From the human T2T-CHM13v2.0 reference genome, Homo sapiens, in the NCBI RefSeq assembly GCF_009914755.1, contig NC_060925.1: a DNA stretch of 64,000 nt. One strand, 5' to 3'. The notes beneath the pieces are model-generated. The model was not told the DNA's origin. It ran no database searches and was given only the letters and a program-made list of their open reading frames with translations. The translations under genes and the position numbers were made by a program. This document shows positions 1 through 13,700 of the stretch, one piece after another (positions within the stretch are counted from its first letter, which is position 1; each line of letters opens with the position of its first letter).

Positions 1-68
1 TCTGGACTTTGAATGCAAACGTCAGAAAGATGTTTCTGCGAAAGCTTCTGTTTAGTTAGGTGACGTTA

Positions 69-85
69 TCCCGTTTCCAACGAAA
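69..85 (-). promoter_or_regulatory. CENP-B box (intact); recurs every HOR unit
   Basis: tcccgtttccaacgaaa is the reverse complement of TTTCGTTGGAAACGGGA and matches NTTCGNNNNANNCGGGN. Confidence 0.95.
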
Positions 86-404
86 TCCTCAGAGAGGTCC
101 AAATATCCACCTGCAGATTCTGCAAAAAGTGTGTTTCCAAACTGCTCCACCCAAAGGCATGTTCAGCTCTGTGAGTTAAACTCAATCATCACAAAGTATT
201 TTCTGAGAATGCTTCTGTCCAGTTTTTACATGAAGCTGTTTCCTTTACTACCGTAGGCCTCAAAGCGTTCCAAATCTCCACTTGCAGATACTACGAAAAG
301 GGCGTTTCAACCTGAACTCACAAGGGAAGGTTCAACTCTGTCAGTTGAATGCCAACATCACAAAGAAGTTCTGGGAATGTTTCTCTTCAGTTATGTGAGT
401 TTTA

Positions 405-421
405 TCCCGTTTCCAACGAAA
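405..421 (-). promoter_or_regulatory. CENP-B box (intact); recurs every HOR unit
   Basis: tcccgtttccaacgaaa contains all nine core positions. Confidence 0.95.
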
Positions 422-742
422 TTCTCAGAGAAGTACAAATATCCACTTGCATATTCTACACAAAGTGTGTTTTGAAAGTGCTCCATCAAAAGATATGCTC
501 AGCTCTGTGAGTTAAACTCAATCATCACAAAGAATTTTCTGAGAATGCTTCTGTCTTGTTTTAGGATGAAGTTATTTCCTTTACGACGATAGGCCTCAAA
601 GAGGTCCAAATCTCCACTTGCAGATTCTGCAGAAGGAGTGTTTCAAACCTGAACTATCAGAGAAAGGTTCAACACTGTGAGTTGAATGCAAGCATCACGA
701 AGAAGGTTCTGAGAATGCTTCTGTTTAGATAGGTGAGTTTTC

Positions 743-759
743 TCCCGTATCCAACGAAA
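743..759 (-). promoter_or_regulatory. CENP-B box (core intact); 11-mer-specific third short-monomer box
   Basis: tcccgtatccaacgaaa differs only at a non-core position. Confidence 0.9.
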
Positions 760-1255
760 TCCTCAGAGAGGTCCAAATATCCACTTGCAGATTCTACAGA
801 AAGTGTGTTTTGAAACTGCTCCATCCAAAGGAATGTTCAGCTCTGTGAGTTGAACTCAATCGTCACAAAGTGTTTCCTGGGAATGCTACTGTCTAGTTTT
901 TATGGGCAGTTATATCCTCTGCTGCCATAGGCCTCAAAGCGGTCCAAATCTCCCCTTTCAGATTCTACCAAAAGTGTGTTTCCAAACGGCTCTATCAAAG
1001 GGAATGTTCAACTCTGTGACTTGAATGCAATCATCACAAAGCAGTTTCTGAGAATGCTTCCATGTAGCTTTTAGGAGAAGATATTTCCTTTTCCACCCCA
1101 GGCCTCGAAGCCCTCCAAATGTCCCCTTGCAGATGCTAGAAAGAGAGGGTTTCAAAGCTGCTCTATCAAAAGGAAAGTACAACTCTGTGAGTTGAATGCA
1201 AACATCACAAAGAAGCTCCTGAGCATGCTTCCGTTTAGCTTTCATGGGAAGATTA

Positions 1256-1272
1256 TCCCTTTTCCATCGAAA
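1256..1272 (-). promoter_or_regulatory. Degenerate CENP-B box (core CGGG broken), fixed in both HORs
   Basis: tcccttttccatcgaaa has ccct instead of cccg. Confidence 0.8.
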
Positions 1273-1426
1273 TGTTCAAAGAGGTCCACATATCCGCTTG
1301 CAGATTCCACCGAAAGAGTGTTTCCAAACTGCTGTATCAAAAGGAATCTTCAACTCCGTGAGTTGAATGCAATCATCACAAAGAAGTTTCTGACAATGCT
1401 TCTCTCTAGTTTTTATGTGAAGATAT

Positions 1427-1443
1427 TTCCTTTTCCACCACAG
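1427..1443 (-). promoter_or_regulatory. A-type monomer box (pJalpha-like), example copy
   Basis: ttccttttccaccacag reads CTGTGGTGGAAAAGGAA on the - strand, at the position homologous to the CENP-B box. Confidence 0.7.
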
Positions 1444-1597
1444 GCCTGAAAGCGCTCCAAATGTCCACTTGGAGACTCTACGAAAAGAATGTTTCAAAAC
1501 TGCTCTATGAAAAGCAATGTTATACTCTGGGAGTTGAACACAAGCCTCACAAAGGAGTTTCTGAGAATGCTTCTGTTTACTTTTTACGTGAAGATAT

Positions 1598-1614
1598 TCC
1601 CGTTTCCAAAGAAA
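1598..1614 (-). promoter_or_regulatory. Degenerate CENP-B box (core TTCG broken), fixed in both HORs
   Basis: tcccgtttccaaagaaa has agaa instead of cgaa; in the 9-mer it is mostly tcccgtttgcaaagaaa. Confidence 0.8.
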
Positions 1615-1768
1615 TCTTCACAGACTTCCACCTATCCATTTGCAGATGCTAGAAAAAGAGAGTTTCAAAACTGCTCTATCAAAAGGAATGTTCAACTCTG
1701 TGAGTTGAATGCAGTCATCACAGAGAAGTTTCTGAGAAGGCTTCTGTCTAGATTTTATGTGAAGATAT

Positions 1769-1785
1769 ACCCGTTTCGAACGAAG
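1769..1785 (-). promoter_or_regulatory. CENP-B box (core intact in the left block, frequently mutated further right)
   Basis: acccgtttcgaacgaag matches the nine core positions and lies 166 bp from the next intact box at 1935. Confidence 0.88.
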
Positions 1786-4700
1786 GCCACAAAGTGCTCC
1801 AAATATCCACTTGCAGGTCCTCCAACAAGAGTGTTTCAAACGTGAACTATCAAAGGAAGGTTCAACTCTGGACTTTGAATGCAAACGTCAGAAAGATGTT
1901 TCTGCGAAAGCTTCTGTTTAGTTAGGTGACGTTATCCCGTTTCCAACGAAATCCTCAGAGAGGTCCAAATATCCACCTGCAGATTCTGCAAAAAGTGTGT
2001 TTCCAAACTGCTCCACCCAAAGGCATGTTCAGCTCTGTGAGTTAAACTCAATCATCACAAAGTATTTTCTGAGAATGCTTCTGTCCAGTTTTTACATGAA
2101 GCTGTTTCCTTTACTACCGTAGGCCTCAAAGCGTTCCAAATCTCCACTTGCAGATACTACGAAAAGGGCGTTTCAACCTGAACTCACAAGGGAAGGTTCA
2201 ACTCTGTCAGTTGAATGCCAACATCACAAAGAAGTTCTGGGAATGTTTCTCTTCAGTTATGTGAGTTTTATCCCGTTTCCAACGAAATTCTCAGAGAAGT
2301 ACAAATATCCACTTGCATATTCTACACAAAGTGTGTTTTGAAAGTGCTCCATCAAAAGATATGCTCAGCTCTGTGAGTTAAACTCAATCATCACAAAGAA
2401 TTTTCTGAGAATGCTTCTGTCTTGTTTTAGGATGAAGTTATTTCCTTTACGACGATAGGCCTCAAAGAGGTCCAAATCTCCACTTGCAGATTCTGCAGAA
2501 GGAGTGTTTCAAACCTGAACTATCAGAGAAAGGTTCAACACTGTGAGTTGAATGCAAGCATCACGAAGAAGGTTCTGAGAATGCTTCTGTTTAGATAGGT
2601 GAGTTTTCTCCCGTATCCAACGAAATCCTCAGAGAGGTCCAAATATCCACTTGCAGATTCTACAGAAAGTGTGTTTTGAAACTGCTCCATCCAAAGGAAT
2701 GTTCAGCTCTGTGAGTTGAACTCAATCGTCACAAAGTGTTTCCTGGGAATGCTACTGTCTAGTTTTTATGGGCAGTTATATCCTCTGCTGCCATAGGCCT
2801 CAAAGCGGTCCAAATCTCCCCTTTCAGATTCTACCAAAAGTGTGTTTCCAAACGGCTCTATCAAAGGGAATGTTCAACTCTGTGACTTGAATGCAATCAT
2901 CACAAAGCAGTTTCTGAGAATGCTTCCATGTAGCTTTAATGAGCAGATATTTCCTTTTCCACCCCAGGCCTCGAAGCCCTCCAAATGTCCCCTTGCAGAT
3001 GCTAGAAAGAGAGGGTTTCAAAGCTGCTCTATCAAAAGGAAAGTACAACTCTGTGAGTTGAAGGCAAACATCACAAAGAAGCTCCTGAGCATGCTTCCGT
3101 TTAGCTTTCATGGGAAGATTATCCCTTTTCCATCGAAATGTTCAAAGAGGTCCACATATCCGCTTGCAGATTCCACCGAAAGAGTGTTTCCAAACTGCTG
3201 TATCAAAAGGAATCTTCAACTCCGTGAGTTGAATGCAATCATCACAAAGAAGTTTCTGACAATGCTTCTCTCTAGTTTTTATGTGAAGATATTTCCTTTT
3301 CCACCACAGGCCTGAAAGCGCTCCAAATGTCCACTTGGAGACTCTACGAAAAGAATGTTTCAAAACTGCTCTATGAAAAGCAATGTTATACTCTGGGAGT
3401 TGAACACAAGCCTCACAAAGGAGTTTCTGAGAATGCTTCTGTTTACTTTTTACGTGAAGATATTCCCGTTTCCAAAGAAATCTTCACAGACTTCCACCTA
3501 TCCATTTGCAGATGCTAGAAAAAGAGAGTTTCAAAACTGCTCTATCAAAAGGAATGTTCAACTCTGTGAGTTGAATGCAGTCATCACAGAGAAGTTTCTG
3601 AGAAGGCTTCTGTCTAGATTTTATGTGAAGATATACCCGTTTCGAACGAAGGCCACAAAGTGCTCCAAATATCCACTTGCAGGTCCTCCAACAAGAGTGT
3701 TTCAAACGTGAACTATCAAAGGAAGGTTCAACTCTGGACTTTGAATGCAAACGTCAGAAAGATGTTTCTGCGAAAGCTTCTGTTTAGTTAGGTGACGTTA
3801 TCCCGTTTCCAACGAAATCCTCAGAGAGGTCCAAATATCCACCTGCAGATTCTGCAAAAAGTGTGTTTCCAAACTGCTGCACCCAAAGGCATGTTCAGCT
3901 CTGTGAGTTAAACTCAATCATCACAAAGTATTTTCTGAGAATGCTTCTGTCCAGTTTTTACATGAAGCTGTTTCCTTTACTACCGTAGGCCTCAAAGCGT
4001 TCCAAATCTCCACTTGCAGATACTACGAAAAGGGCGTTTCAACCTGAACTCACAAGGGAAGGTTCAACTCTGTCAGTTGAATGCCAACATCACAAAGAAG
4101 TTCTGGGAATGTTTCTCTTCAGTTATGTGAGTTTTATCCCGTTTCCAACGAAATTCTCAGAGAAGTACAAATATCCACTTGCATATTCTACACAAAGTGT
4201 GTTTTGAAAGTGCTCCATCAAAAGATATGCTCAGCTCTGTGAGTTAAACTCAATCATCACAAAGAATTTTCTGAGAATGCTTCTGTCTTGTTTTAGGATG
4301 AAGTTATTTCCTTTACGACGATAGGCCTCAAAGAGGTCCAAATCTCCACTTGCAGATTCTGCAGAAGGAGTGTTTCAAACCTGAACTATCAGAGAAAGGT
4401 TCAACACTGTGAGTTGAATGCAAGCATCACGAAGAAGGTTCTGAGAATGCTTCTGTTTAGATAGGTGAGTTTTCTCCCGTATCCAACGAAATCCTCAGAG
4501 AGGTCCAAATATCCACTTGCAGATTCTACAGAAAGTGTGTTTTGAAACTGCTCCATCCAAAGGAATGTTCAGCTCTGTGAGTTGAACTCAATCGTCACAA
4601 AGTGTTTCCTGGGAATGCTACTGTCTAGTTTTTATGGGCAGTTATATCCTCTGCTGCCATAGGCCTCAAAGCGGTCCAAATCTCCCCTTTCAGATTCTAC

Positions 4701-7700
4701 CAAAAGTGTGTTTCCAAACGGCTCTATCAAAGGGAATGTTCAACTCTGTGACTTGCATGCAATCATCACAAAGCAGTTTCTGAGAATGCTTCCATGTAGC
4801 TTTTAGGAGAAGATATTTCCTTTTCCACCCCAGGCCTCGAAGCCCTCCAAATGTCCCCTTGCAGATGCTAGAAAGAGAGGGTTTCAAAGCTGCTCTATCA
4901 AAAGGAAAGTACAACTCTGTGAGTTGAATGCAAACATCACAAAGAAGCTCCTGAGCATGCTTCCGTTTAGCTTTCATGGGAAGATTATCCCTTTTCCATC
5001 GAAATGTTCAAAGAGGTCCACATATCCGCTTGCAGATTCCACCGAAAGAGTGTTTCCAAACTGCTGTATCAAAAGGAATCTTCAACTCCGTGAGTTGAAT
5101 GCAATCATCACAAAGAAGTTTCTGACAATGCTTCTCTCTAGTTTTTATGTGAAGATATTTCCTTTTCCACCACAGGCCTGAAAGCGCTCCAAATGTCCAC
5201 TTGGAGACTCTACGAAAAGAATGTTTCAAAACTGCTCTATGAAAAGCAATGTTATACTCTGGGAGTTGAACACAAGCCTCACAAAGGAGTTTCTGAGAAT
5301 GCTTCTGTTTACTTTTTACGTGAAGATATTCCCGTTTCCAAAGAAATCTTCACAGACTTCCACCTATCCATTTGCAGATGCTAGAAAAAGAGAGTTTCAA
5401 AACTGCTCTATCAAAAGGAATGTTCAACTCTGTGAGTTGAATGCAGTCATCACAGAGAAGTTTCTGAGAAGGCTTCTGTCTAGATTTTATGTGAAGATAT
5501 ACCCGTTTCGAACGAAGGCCACAAAGTGCTCCAAATATCCACTTGCAGGTCCTCCAACAAGAGTGTTTCAAACGTGAACTATCAAAGGAAGGTTCAACTC
5601 TGGACTTTGAATGCAAACGTCAGAAAGATGTTTCTGCGAAAGCTTCTGTTTAGTTAGGTGACGTTATCCCGTTTCCAACGAAATCCTCAGAGAGGTCCAA
5701 ATATCCACCTGCAGATTCTGCAAAAAGTGTGTTTCCAAACTGCTGCACCCAAAGGCATGTTCAGCTCTGTGAGTTAAACTCAATCATCACAAAGTATTTT
5801 CTGAGAATGCTTCTGTCCAGTTTTTACATGAAGCTGTTTCCTTTACTACCGTAGGCCTCAAAGCGTTCCAAATCTCCACTTGCAGATACTACGAAAAGGG
5901 CGTTTCAACCTGAACTCACAAGGGAAGGTTCAACTCTGTCAGTTGAATGCCAACATCACAAAGAAGTTCTGGGAATGTTTCTCTTCAGTTATGTGAGTTT
6001 TATCCCGTTTCCAACGAAATTCTCAGAGAAGTACAAATATCCACTTGCATATTCTACACAAAGTGTGTTTTGAAAGTGCTCCATCAAAAGATATGCTCAG
6101 CTCTGTGAGTTAAACTCAATCATCACAAAGAATTTTCTGAGAATGCTTCTGTCTTGTTTTAGGATGAAGTTATTTCCTTTACGACGATAGGCCTCAAAGA
6201 GGTCCAAATCTCCACTTGCAGATTCTGCAGAAGGAGTGTTTCAAACCTGAACTATCAGAGAAAGGTTCAACACTGTGAGTTGAATGCAAGCATCACGAAG
6301 AAGGTTCTGAGAATGCTTCTGTTTAGATAGGTGAGTTTTCTCCCGTATCCAACGAAATCCTCAGAGAGGTCCAAATATCCACTTGCAGATTCTACAGAAA
6401 GTGTGTTTTGAAACTGCTCCATCCAAAGGAATGTTCAGCTCTGTGAGTTGAACTCAATCGTCACAAAGTGTTTCCTGGGAATGCTACTGTCTAGTTTTTA
6501 TGGGCAGTTATATCCTCTGCTGCCATAGGCCTCAAAGCGGTCCAAATCTCCCCTTTCAGATTCTACCAAAAGTGTGTTTCCAAACGGCTCTATCAAAGGG
6601 AATGTTCAACTCTGTGACTTGCATGCAATCATCACAAAGCAGTTTCTGAGAATGCTTCCATGTAGCTTTTAGGAGAAGATATTTCCTTTTCCACCCCAGG
6701 CCTCGAAGCCCTCCAAATGTCCCCTTGCAGATGCTAGAAAGAGAGGGTTTCAAAGCTGCTCTATCAAAAGGAAAGTACAACTCTGTGAGTTGAATGCAAA
6801 CATCACAAAGAAGCTCCTGAGCATGCTTCCGTTTAGCTTTCATGGGAAGATTATCCCTTTTCCATCGAAATGTTCAAAGAGGTCCACATATCCGCTTGCA
6901 GATTCCACCGAAAGAGTGTTTCCAAACTGCTGTATCAAAAGGAATCGTCAACTCCGTGAGTTGAATGCAATCATCACAAAGAAGTTTCTGACAACGCTTC
7001 TCTCTAGTTTTTATGTGAAGATATTTCCTTTTCCACCACAGGCCTGAAAGCGCTCCAAATGTCCACTTGGAGACTCTACGAAAAGAATGTTTCAAAACTG
7101 CTCTATGAAAAGCAATGTTATACTCTGGGAGTTGAACACAAGCCTCACAAAGGAGTTTCTGAGAATGCTTCTGTTTACTTTTTACGTGAAGATATTCCCG
7201 TTTCCAAAGAAATCTTCACAGACTTCCACCTATCCATTTGCAGATGCTAGAAAAAGAGAGTTTCAAAACTGCTCTATCAAAAGGAATGTTCAACTCTGTG
7301 AGTTGAATGCAGTCATCACAGAGAAGTTTCTGAGAAGGCTTCTGTCTAGATTTTATGTGAAGATATACCCGTTTCGAACGAAGGCCACAAAGTGCTCCAA
7401 ATATCCACTTGCAGGTCCTCCAACAAGAGTGTTTCAAACGTGAACTATCAAAGGAAGGTTCAACTCTGGACTTTGAATGCAAACGTCAGAAAGATGTTTC
7501 TGCGAAAGCTTCTGTTTAGTTAGGTGACGTTATCCCGTTTCCAACGAAATCCTCAGAGAGGTCCAAATATCCACCTGCAGATTCTGCAAAAAGTGTGTTT
7601 CCAAACTGCTCCACCCAAAGGCATGTTCAGCTCTGTGAGTTAAACTCAATCATCACAAAGTATTTTCTGAGAATGCTTCTGTCCAGTTTTTACATGAAGC

Positions 7701-10700
7701 TGTTTCCTTTACTACCGTAGGCCTCAAAGCGTTCCAAATCTCCACTTGCAGATACTACGAAAAGGGCGTTTCAACCTGAACTCACAAGGGAAGGTTCAAC
7801 TCTGTCAGTTGAATGCCAACATCACAAAGAAGTTCTGGGAATGTTTCTCTTCAGTTATGTGAGTTTTATCCCGTTTCCAACGAAATTCTCAGAGAAGTAC
7901 AAATATCCACTTGCATATTCTACACAAAGTGTGTTTTGAAAGTGCTCCATCAAAAGATATGCTCAGCTCTGTGAGTTAAACTCAATCATCACAAAGAATT
8001 TTCTGAGAATGCTTCTGTCTTGTTTTAGGATGAAGTTATTTCCTTTACGACGATAGGCCTCAAAGAGGTCCAAATCTCCACTTGCAGATTCTGCAGAAGG
8101 AGTGTTTCAAACCTGAACTATCAGAGAAAGGTTCAACACTGTGAGTTGAATGCAAGCATCACGAAGAAGGTTCTGAGAATGCTTCTGTTTAGATAGGTGA
8201 GTTTTCTCCCGTATCCAACGAAATCCTCAGAGAGGTCCAAATATCCACTTGCAGATTCTACAGAAAGTGTGTTTTGAAACTGCTCCATCCAAAGGAATGT
8301 TCAGCTCTGTGAGTTGAACTCAATCGTCACAAAGTGTTTCCTGGGAATGCTACTGTCTAGTTTTTATGGGCAGTTATATCCTCTGCTGCCATAGGCCTCA
8401 AAGCGGTCCAAATCTCCCCTTTCAGATTCTACCAAAAGTGTGTTTCCAAACGGCTCTATCAAAGGGAATGTTCAACTCTGTGACTTGCATGCAATCATCA
8501 CAAAGCAGTTTCTGAGAATGCTTCCATGTAGCTTTTAGGAGAAGATATTTCCTTTTCCACCCCAGGCCTCGAAGCCCTCCAAATGTCCCCTTGCAGATGC
8601 TAGAAAGAGAGGGTTTCAAAGCTGCTCTATCAAAAGGAAAGTACAACTCTGTGAGTTGAATGCAAACATCACAAAGAAGCTCCTGAGCATGCTTCCGTTT
8701 AGCTTTCATGGGAAGATTATCCCTTTTCCATCGAAATGTTCAAAGAGGTCCACATATCCGCTTGCAGATTCCACCGAAAGAGTGTTTCCAAACTGCTGTA
8801 TCAAAAGGAATCTTCAACTCCGTGAGTTGAATGCAATCATCACAAAGAAGTTTCTGACAATGCTTCTCTCTAGTTTTTATGTGAAGATATTTCCTTTTCC
8901 ACCACAGGCCTGAAAGCGCTCCAAATGTCCACTTGGAGACTCTACGAAAAGAATGTTTCAAAACTGCTCTATGAAAAGCAATGTTATACTCTGGGAGTTG
9001 AACACAAGCCTCACAAAGGAGTTTCTGAGAATGCTTCTGTTTACTTTTTACGTGAAGATATTCCCGTTTCCAAAGAAATCTTCACAGACTTCCACCTATC
9101 CATTTGCAGATGCTAGAAAAAGAGAGTTTCAAAACTGCTCTATCAAAAGGAATGTTCAACTCTGTGAGTTGAATGCAGTCATCACAGAGAAGTTTCTGAG
9201 AAGGCTTCTGTCTAGATTTTATGTGAAGATATACCCGTTTCGAACGAAGGCCACAAAGTGCTCCAAATATCCACTTGCAGGTCCTCCAACAAGAGTGTTT
9301 CAAACGTGAACTATCAAAGGAAGGTTCAACTCTGGACTTTGAATGCAAACGTCAGAAAGATGTTTCTGCGAAAGCTTCTGTTTAGTTAGGTGACGTTATC
9401 CCGTTTCCAACGAAATCCTCAGAGAGGTCCAAATATCCACCTGCAGATTCTGCAAAAAGTGTGTTTCCAAACTGCTCCACCCAAAGGCATGTTCAGCTCT
9501 GTGAGTTAAACTCAATCATCACAAAGTATTTTCTGAGAATGCTTCTGTCCAGTTTTTACATGAAGCTGTTTCCTTTACTACCGTAGGCCTCAAAGCGTTC
9601 CAAATCTCCACTTGCAGATACTACGAAAAGGGCGTTTCAACCTGAACTCACAAGGGAAGGTTCAACTCTGTCAGTTGAATGCCAACATCACAAAGAAGTT
9701 CTGGGAATGTTTCTCTTCAGTTATGTGAGTTTTATCCCGTTTCCAACGAAATTCTCAGAGAAGTACAAATATCCACTTGCATATTCTACACAAAGTGTGT
9801 TTTGAAAGTGCTCCATCAAAAGATATGCTCAGCTCTGTGAGTTAAACTCAATCATCACAAAGAATTTTCTGAGAATGCTTCTGTCTTGTTTTAGGATGAA
9901 GTTATTTCCTTTACGACGATAGGCCTCAAAGAGGTCCAAATCTCCACTTGCAGATTCTGCAGAAGGAGTGTTTCAAACCTGAACTATCAGAGAAAGGTTC
10001 AACACTGTGAGTTGAATGCAAGCATCACGAAGAAGGTTCTGAGAATGCTTCTGTTTAGATAGGTGAGTTTTCTCCCGTATCCAACGAAATCCTCAGAGAG
10101 GTCCAAATATCCACTTGCAGATTCTACAGAAAGTGTGTTTTGAAACTGCTCCATCCAAAGGAATGTTCAGCTCTGTGAGTTGAACTCAATCGTCACAAAG
10201 TGTTTCCTGGGAATGCTACTGTCTAGTTTTTATGGGCAGTTATATCCTCTGCTGCCATAGGCCTCAAAGCGGTCCAAATCTCCCCTTTCAGATTCTACCA
10301 AAAGTGTGTTTCCAAACGGCTCTATCAAAGGGAATGTTCAACTCTGTGACTTGAATGCAATCATCACAAAGCAGTTTCTGAGAATGCTTCCATGTAGCTT
10401 TTAGGAGAAGATATTTCCTTTTCCACCCCAGGCCTCGAAGCCCTCCAAATGTCCCCTTGCAGATGCTAGAAAGAGAGGGTTTCAAAGCTGCTCTATCAAA
10501 AGGAAAGTACAACTCTGTGAGTTGAATGCAAACATCACAAAGAAGCTCCTGAGCATGCTTCCGTTTAGCTTTCATGGGAAGATTATCCCTTTTCCATCGA
10601 AATGTTCAAAGAGGTCCACATATCCGCTTGCAGATTCCACCGAAAGAGTGTTTCCAAACTGCTGTATCAAAAGGAATCTTCAACTCCGTGAGTTGAATGC

Positions 10701-13700
10701 AATCATCACAAAGAAGTTTCTGACAATGCTTCTCTCTAGTTTTTATGTGAAGATATTTCCTTTTCCACCACAGGCCTGAAAGCGCTCCAAATGTCCACTT
10801 GGAGACTCTACGAAAAGAATGTTTCAAAACTGCTCTATGAAAAGCAATGTTATACTCTGGGAGTTGAACACAAGCCTCACAAAGGAGTTTCTGAGAATGC
10901 TTCTGTTTACTTTTTACGTGAAGATATTCCCGTTTCCAAAGAAATCTTCACAGACTTCCACCTATCCATTTGCAGATGCTAGAAAAAGAGAGTTTCAAAA
11001 CTGCTCTATCAAAAGGAATGTTCAACTCTGTGAGTTGAATGCAGTCATCACAGAGAAGTTTCTGAGAAGGCTTCTGTCTAGATTTTATGTGAAGATATAC
11101 CCGTTTCGAACGAAGGCCACAAAGTGCTCCAAATATCCACTTGCAGGTCCTCCAACAAGAGTGTTTCAAACGTGAACTATCAAAGGAAGGTTCAACTCTG
11201 GACTTTGAATGCAAACGTCAGAAAGATGTTTCTGCGAAAGCTTCTGTTTAGTTAGGTGACGTTATCCCGTTTCCAACGAAATCCTCAGAGAGGTCCAAAT
11301 ATCCACCTGCAGATTCTGCAAAAAGTGTGTTTCCAAACTGCTCCACCCAAAGGCATGTTCAGCTCTGTGAGTTAAACTCAATCATCACAAAGTATTTTCT
11401 GAGAATGCTTCTGTCCAGTTTTTACATGAAGCTGTTTCCTTTACTACCGTAGGCCTCAAAGCGTTCCAAATCTCCACTTGCAGATACTACGAAAAGGGCG
11501 TTTCAACCTGAACTCACAAGGGAAGGTTCAACTCTGTCAGTTGAATGCCAACATCACAAAGAAGTTCTGGGAATGTTTCTCTTCAGTTATGTGAGTTTTA
11601 TCCCGTTTCCAACGAAATTCTCAGAGAAGTACAAATATCCACTTGCATATTCTACAAAAAGTGTGTTTTGAAAGTGCTCCATCAAAAGATATGCTCAGCT
11701 CTGTGAGTTAAACTCAATCATCACAAAGAATTTTCTGAGAATGCTTCTGTCTTGTTTTAGGATGAAGTTATTTCCTTTACGACGATAGGCCTCAAAGAGG
11801 TCCAAATCTCCACTTGCAGATTCTGCAGAAGGAGTGTTTCAAACCTGAACTATCAGAGAAAGGTTCAACACTGTGAGTTGAATGCAAGCATCACGAAGAA
11901 GGTTCTGAGAATGCTTCTGTTTAGATAGGTGAGTTTTCTCCCGTATCCAACGAAATCCTCAGAGAGGTCCAAATATCCACTTGCAGATTCTACAGAAAGT
12001 GTGTTTTGAAACTGCTCCATCCAAAGGAATGTTCAGCTCTGTGAGTTGAACTCAATCGTCACAAAGTGTTTCCTGGGAATGCTACTGTCTAGTTTTTATG
12101 GGCAGTTATATCCTCTGCTGCCATAGGCCTCAAAGCGGTCCAAATCTCCCCTTTCAGATTCTACCAAAAGTGTGTTTCCAAACGGCTCTATCAAAGGGAA
12201 TGTTCAACTCTGTGACTTGCATGCAATCATCACAAAGCAGTTTCTGAGAATGCTTCCATGTAGCTTTTAGGAGAAGATATTTCCTTTTCCACCCCAGGCC
12301 TCGAAGCCCTCCAAATGTCCCCTTGCAGATGCTAGAAAGAGAGGGTTTCAAAGCTGCTCTATCAAAAGGAAAGTACAACTCTGTGAGTTGAATGCAAACA
12401 TCACAAAGAAGCTCCTGAGCATGCTTCCGTTTAGCTTTCATGGGAAGATTATCCCTTTTCCATCGAAATGTTCAAAGAGGTCCACATATCCGCTTGCAGA
12501 TTCCACCGAAAGAGTGTTTCCAAACTGCTGTATCAAAAGGAATCTTCAACTCCGTGAGTTGAATGCAATCATCACAAAGAAGTTTCTGACAATGCTTCTC
12601 TCTAGTTTTTATGTGAAGATATTTCCTTTTCCACCACAGGCCTGAAAGCGCTCCAAATGTCCACTTGGAGACTCTACGAAAAGAATGTTTCAAAACTGCT
12701 CTATGAAAAGCAATGTTATACTCTGGGAGTTGAACACAAGCCTCACAAAGGAGTTTCTGAGAATGCTTCTGTTTACTTTTTACGTGAAGATATTCCCGTT
12801 TCCAAAGAAATCTTCACAGACTTCCACCTATCCATTTGCAGATGCTAGAAAAAGAGAGTTTCAAAACTGCTCTATCAAAAGGAATGTTCAACTCTGTGAG
12901 TTGAATGCAGTCATCACAGAGAAGTTTCTGAGAAGGCTTCTGTCTAGATTTTATGTGAAGATATACCCGTTTCGAACGAAGGCCACAAAGTGCTCCAAAT
13001 ATCCACTTGCAGGTCCTCCAACAAGAGTGTTTCAAACGTGAACTATCAAAGGAAGGTTCAACTCTGGACTTTGAATGCAAACGTCAGAAAGATGTTTCTG
13101 CGAAAGCTTCTGTTTAGTTAGGTGACGTTATCCCGTTTCCAACGAAATCCTCAGAGAGGTCCAAATATCCACCTGCAGATTCTGCAAAAAGTGTGTTTCC
13201 AAACTGCTCCACCCAAAGGCATGTTCAGCTCTGTGAGTTAAACTCAATCATCACAAAGTATTTTCTGAGAATGCTTCTGTCCAGTTTTTACATGAAGCTG
13301 TTTCCTTTACTACCGTAGGCCTCAAAGCGTTCCAAATCTCCACTTGCAGATACTACGAAAAGGGCGTTTCAACCTGAACTCACAAGGGAAGGTTCAACTC
13401 TGTCAGTTGAATGCCAACATCACAAAGAAGTTCTGGGAATGTTTCTCTTCAGTTATGTGAGTTTTATCCCGTTTCCAACGAAATTCTCAGAGAAGTACAA
13501 ATATCCACTTGCATATTCTACACAAAGTGTGTTTTGAAAGTGCTCCATCAAAAGATATGCTCAGCTCTGTGAGTTAAACTCAATCATCACAAAGAATTTT
13601 CTGAGAATGCTTCTGTCTTGTTTTAGGATGAAGTTATTTCCTTTACGACGATAGGCCTCAAAGAGGTCCAAATCTCCACTTGCAGATTCTGCAGAAGGAG

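Noticed and set aside
4753-4762. Perfect palindrome ttgcatgcaa created by a variant, and other short dyads
   Set aside because: These are too short to imply a cruciform or a function and are expected by chance in AT-rich satellite.
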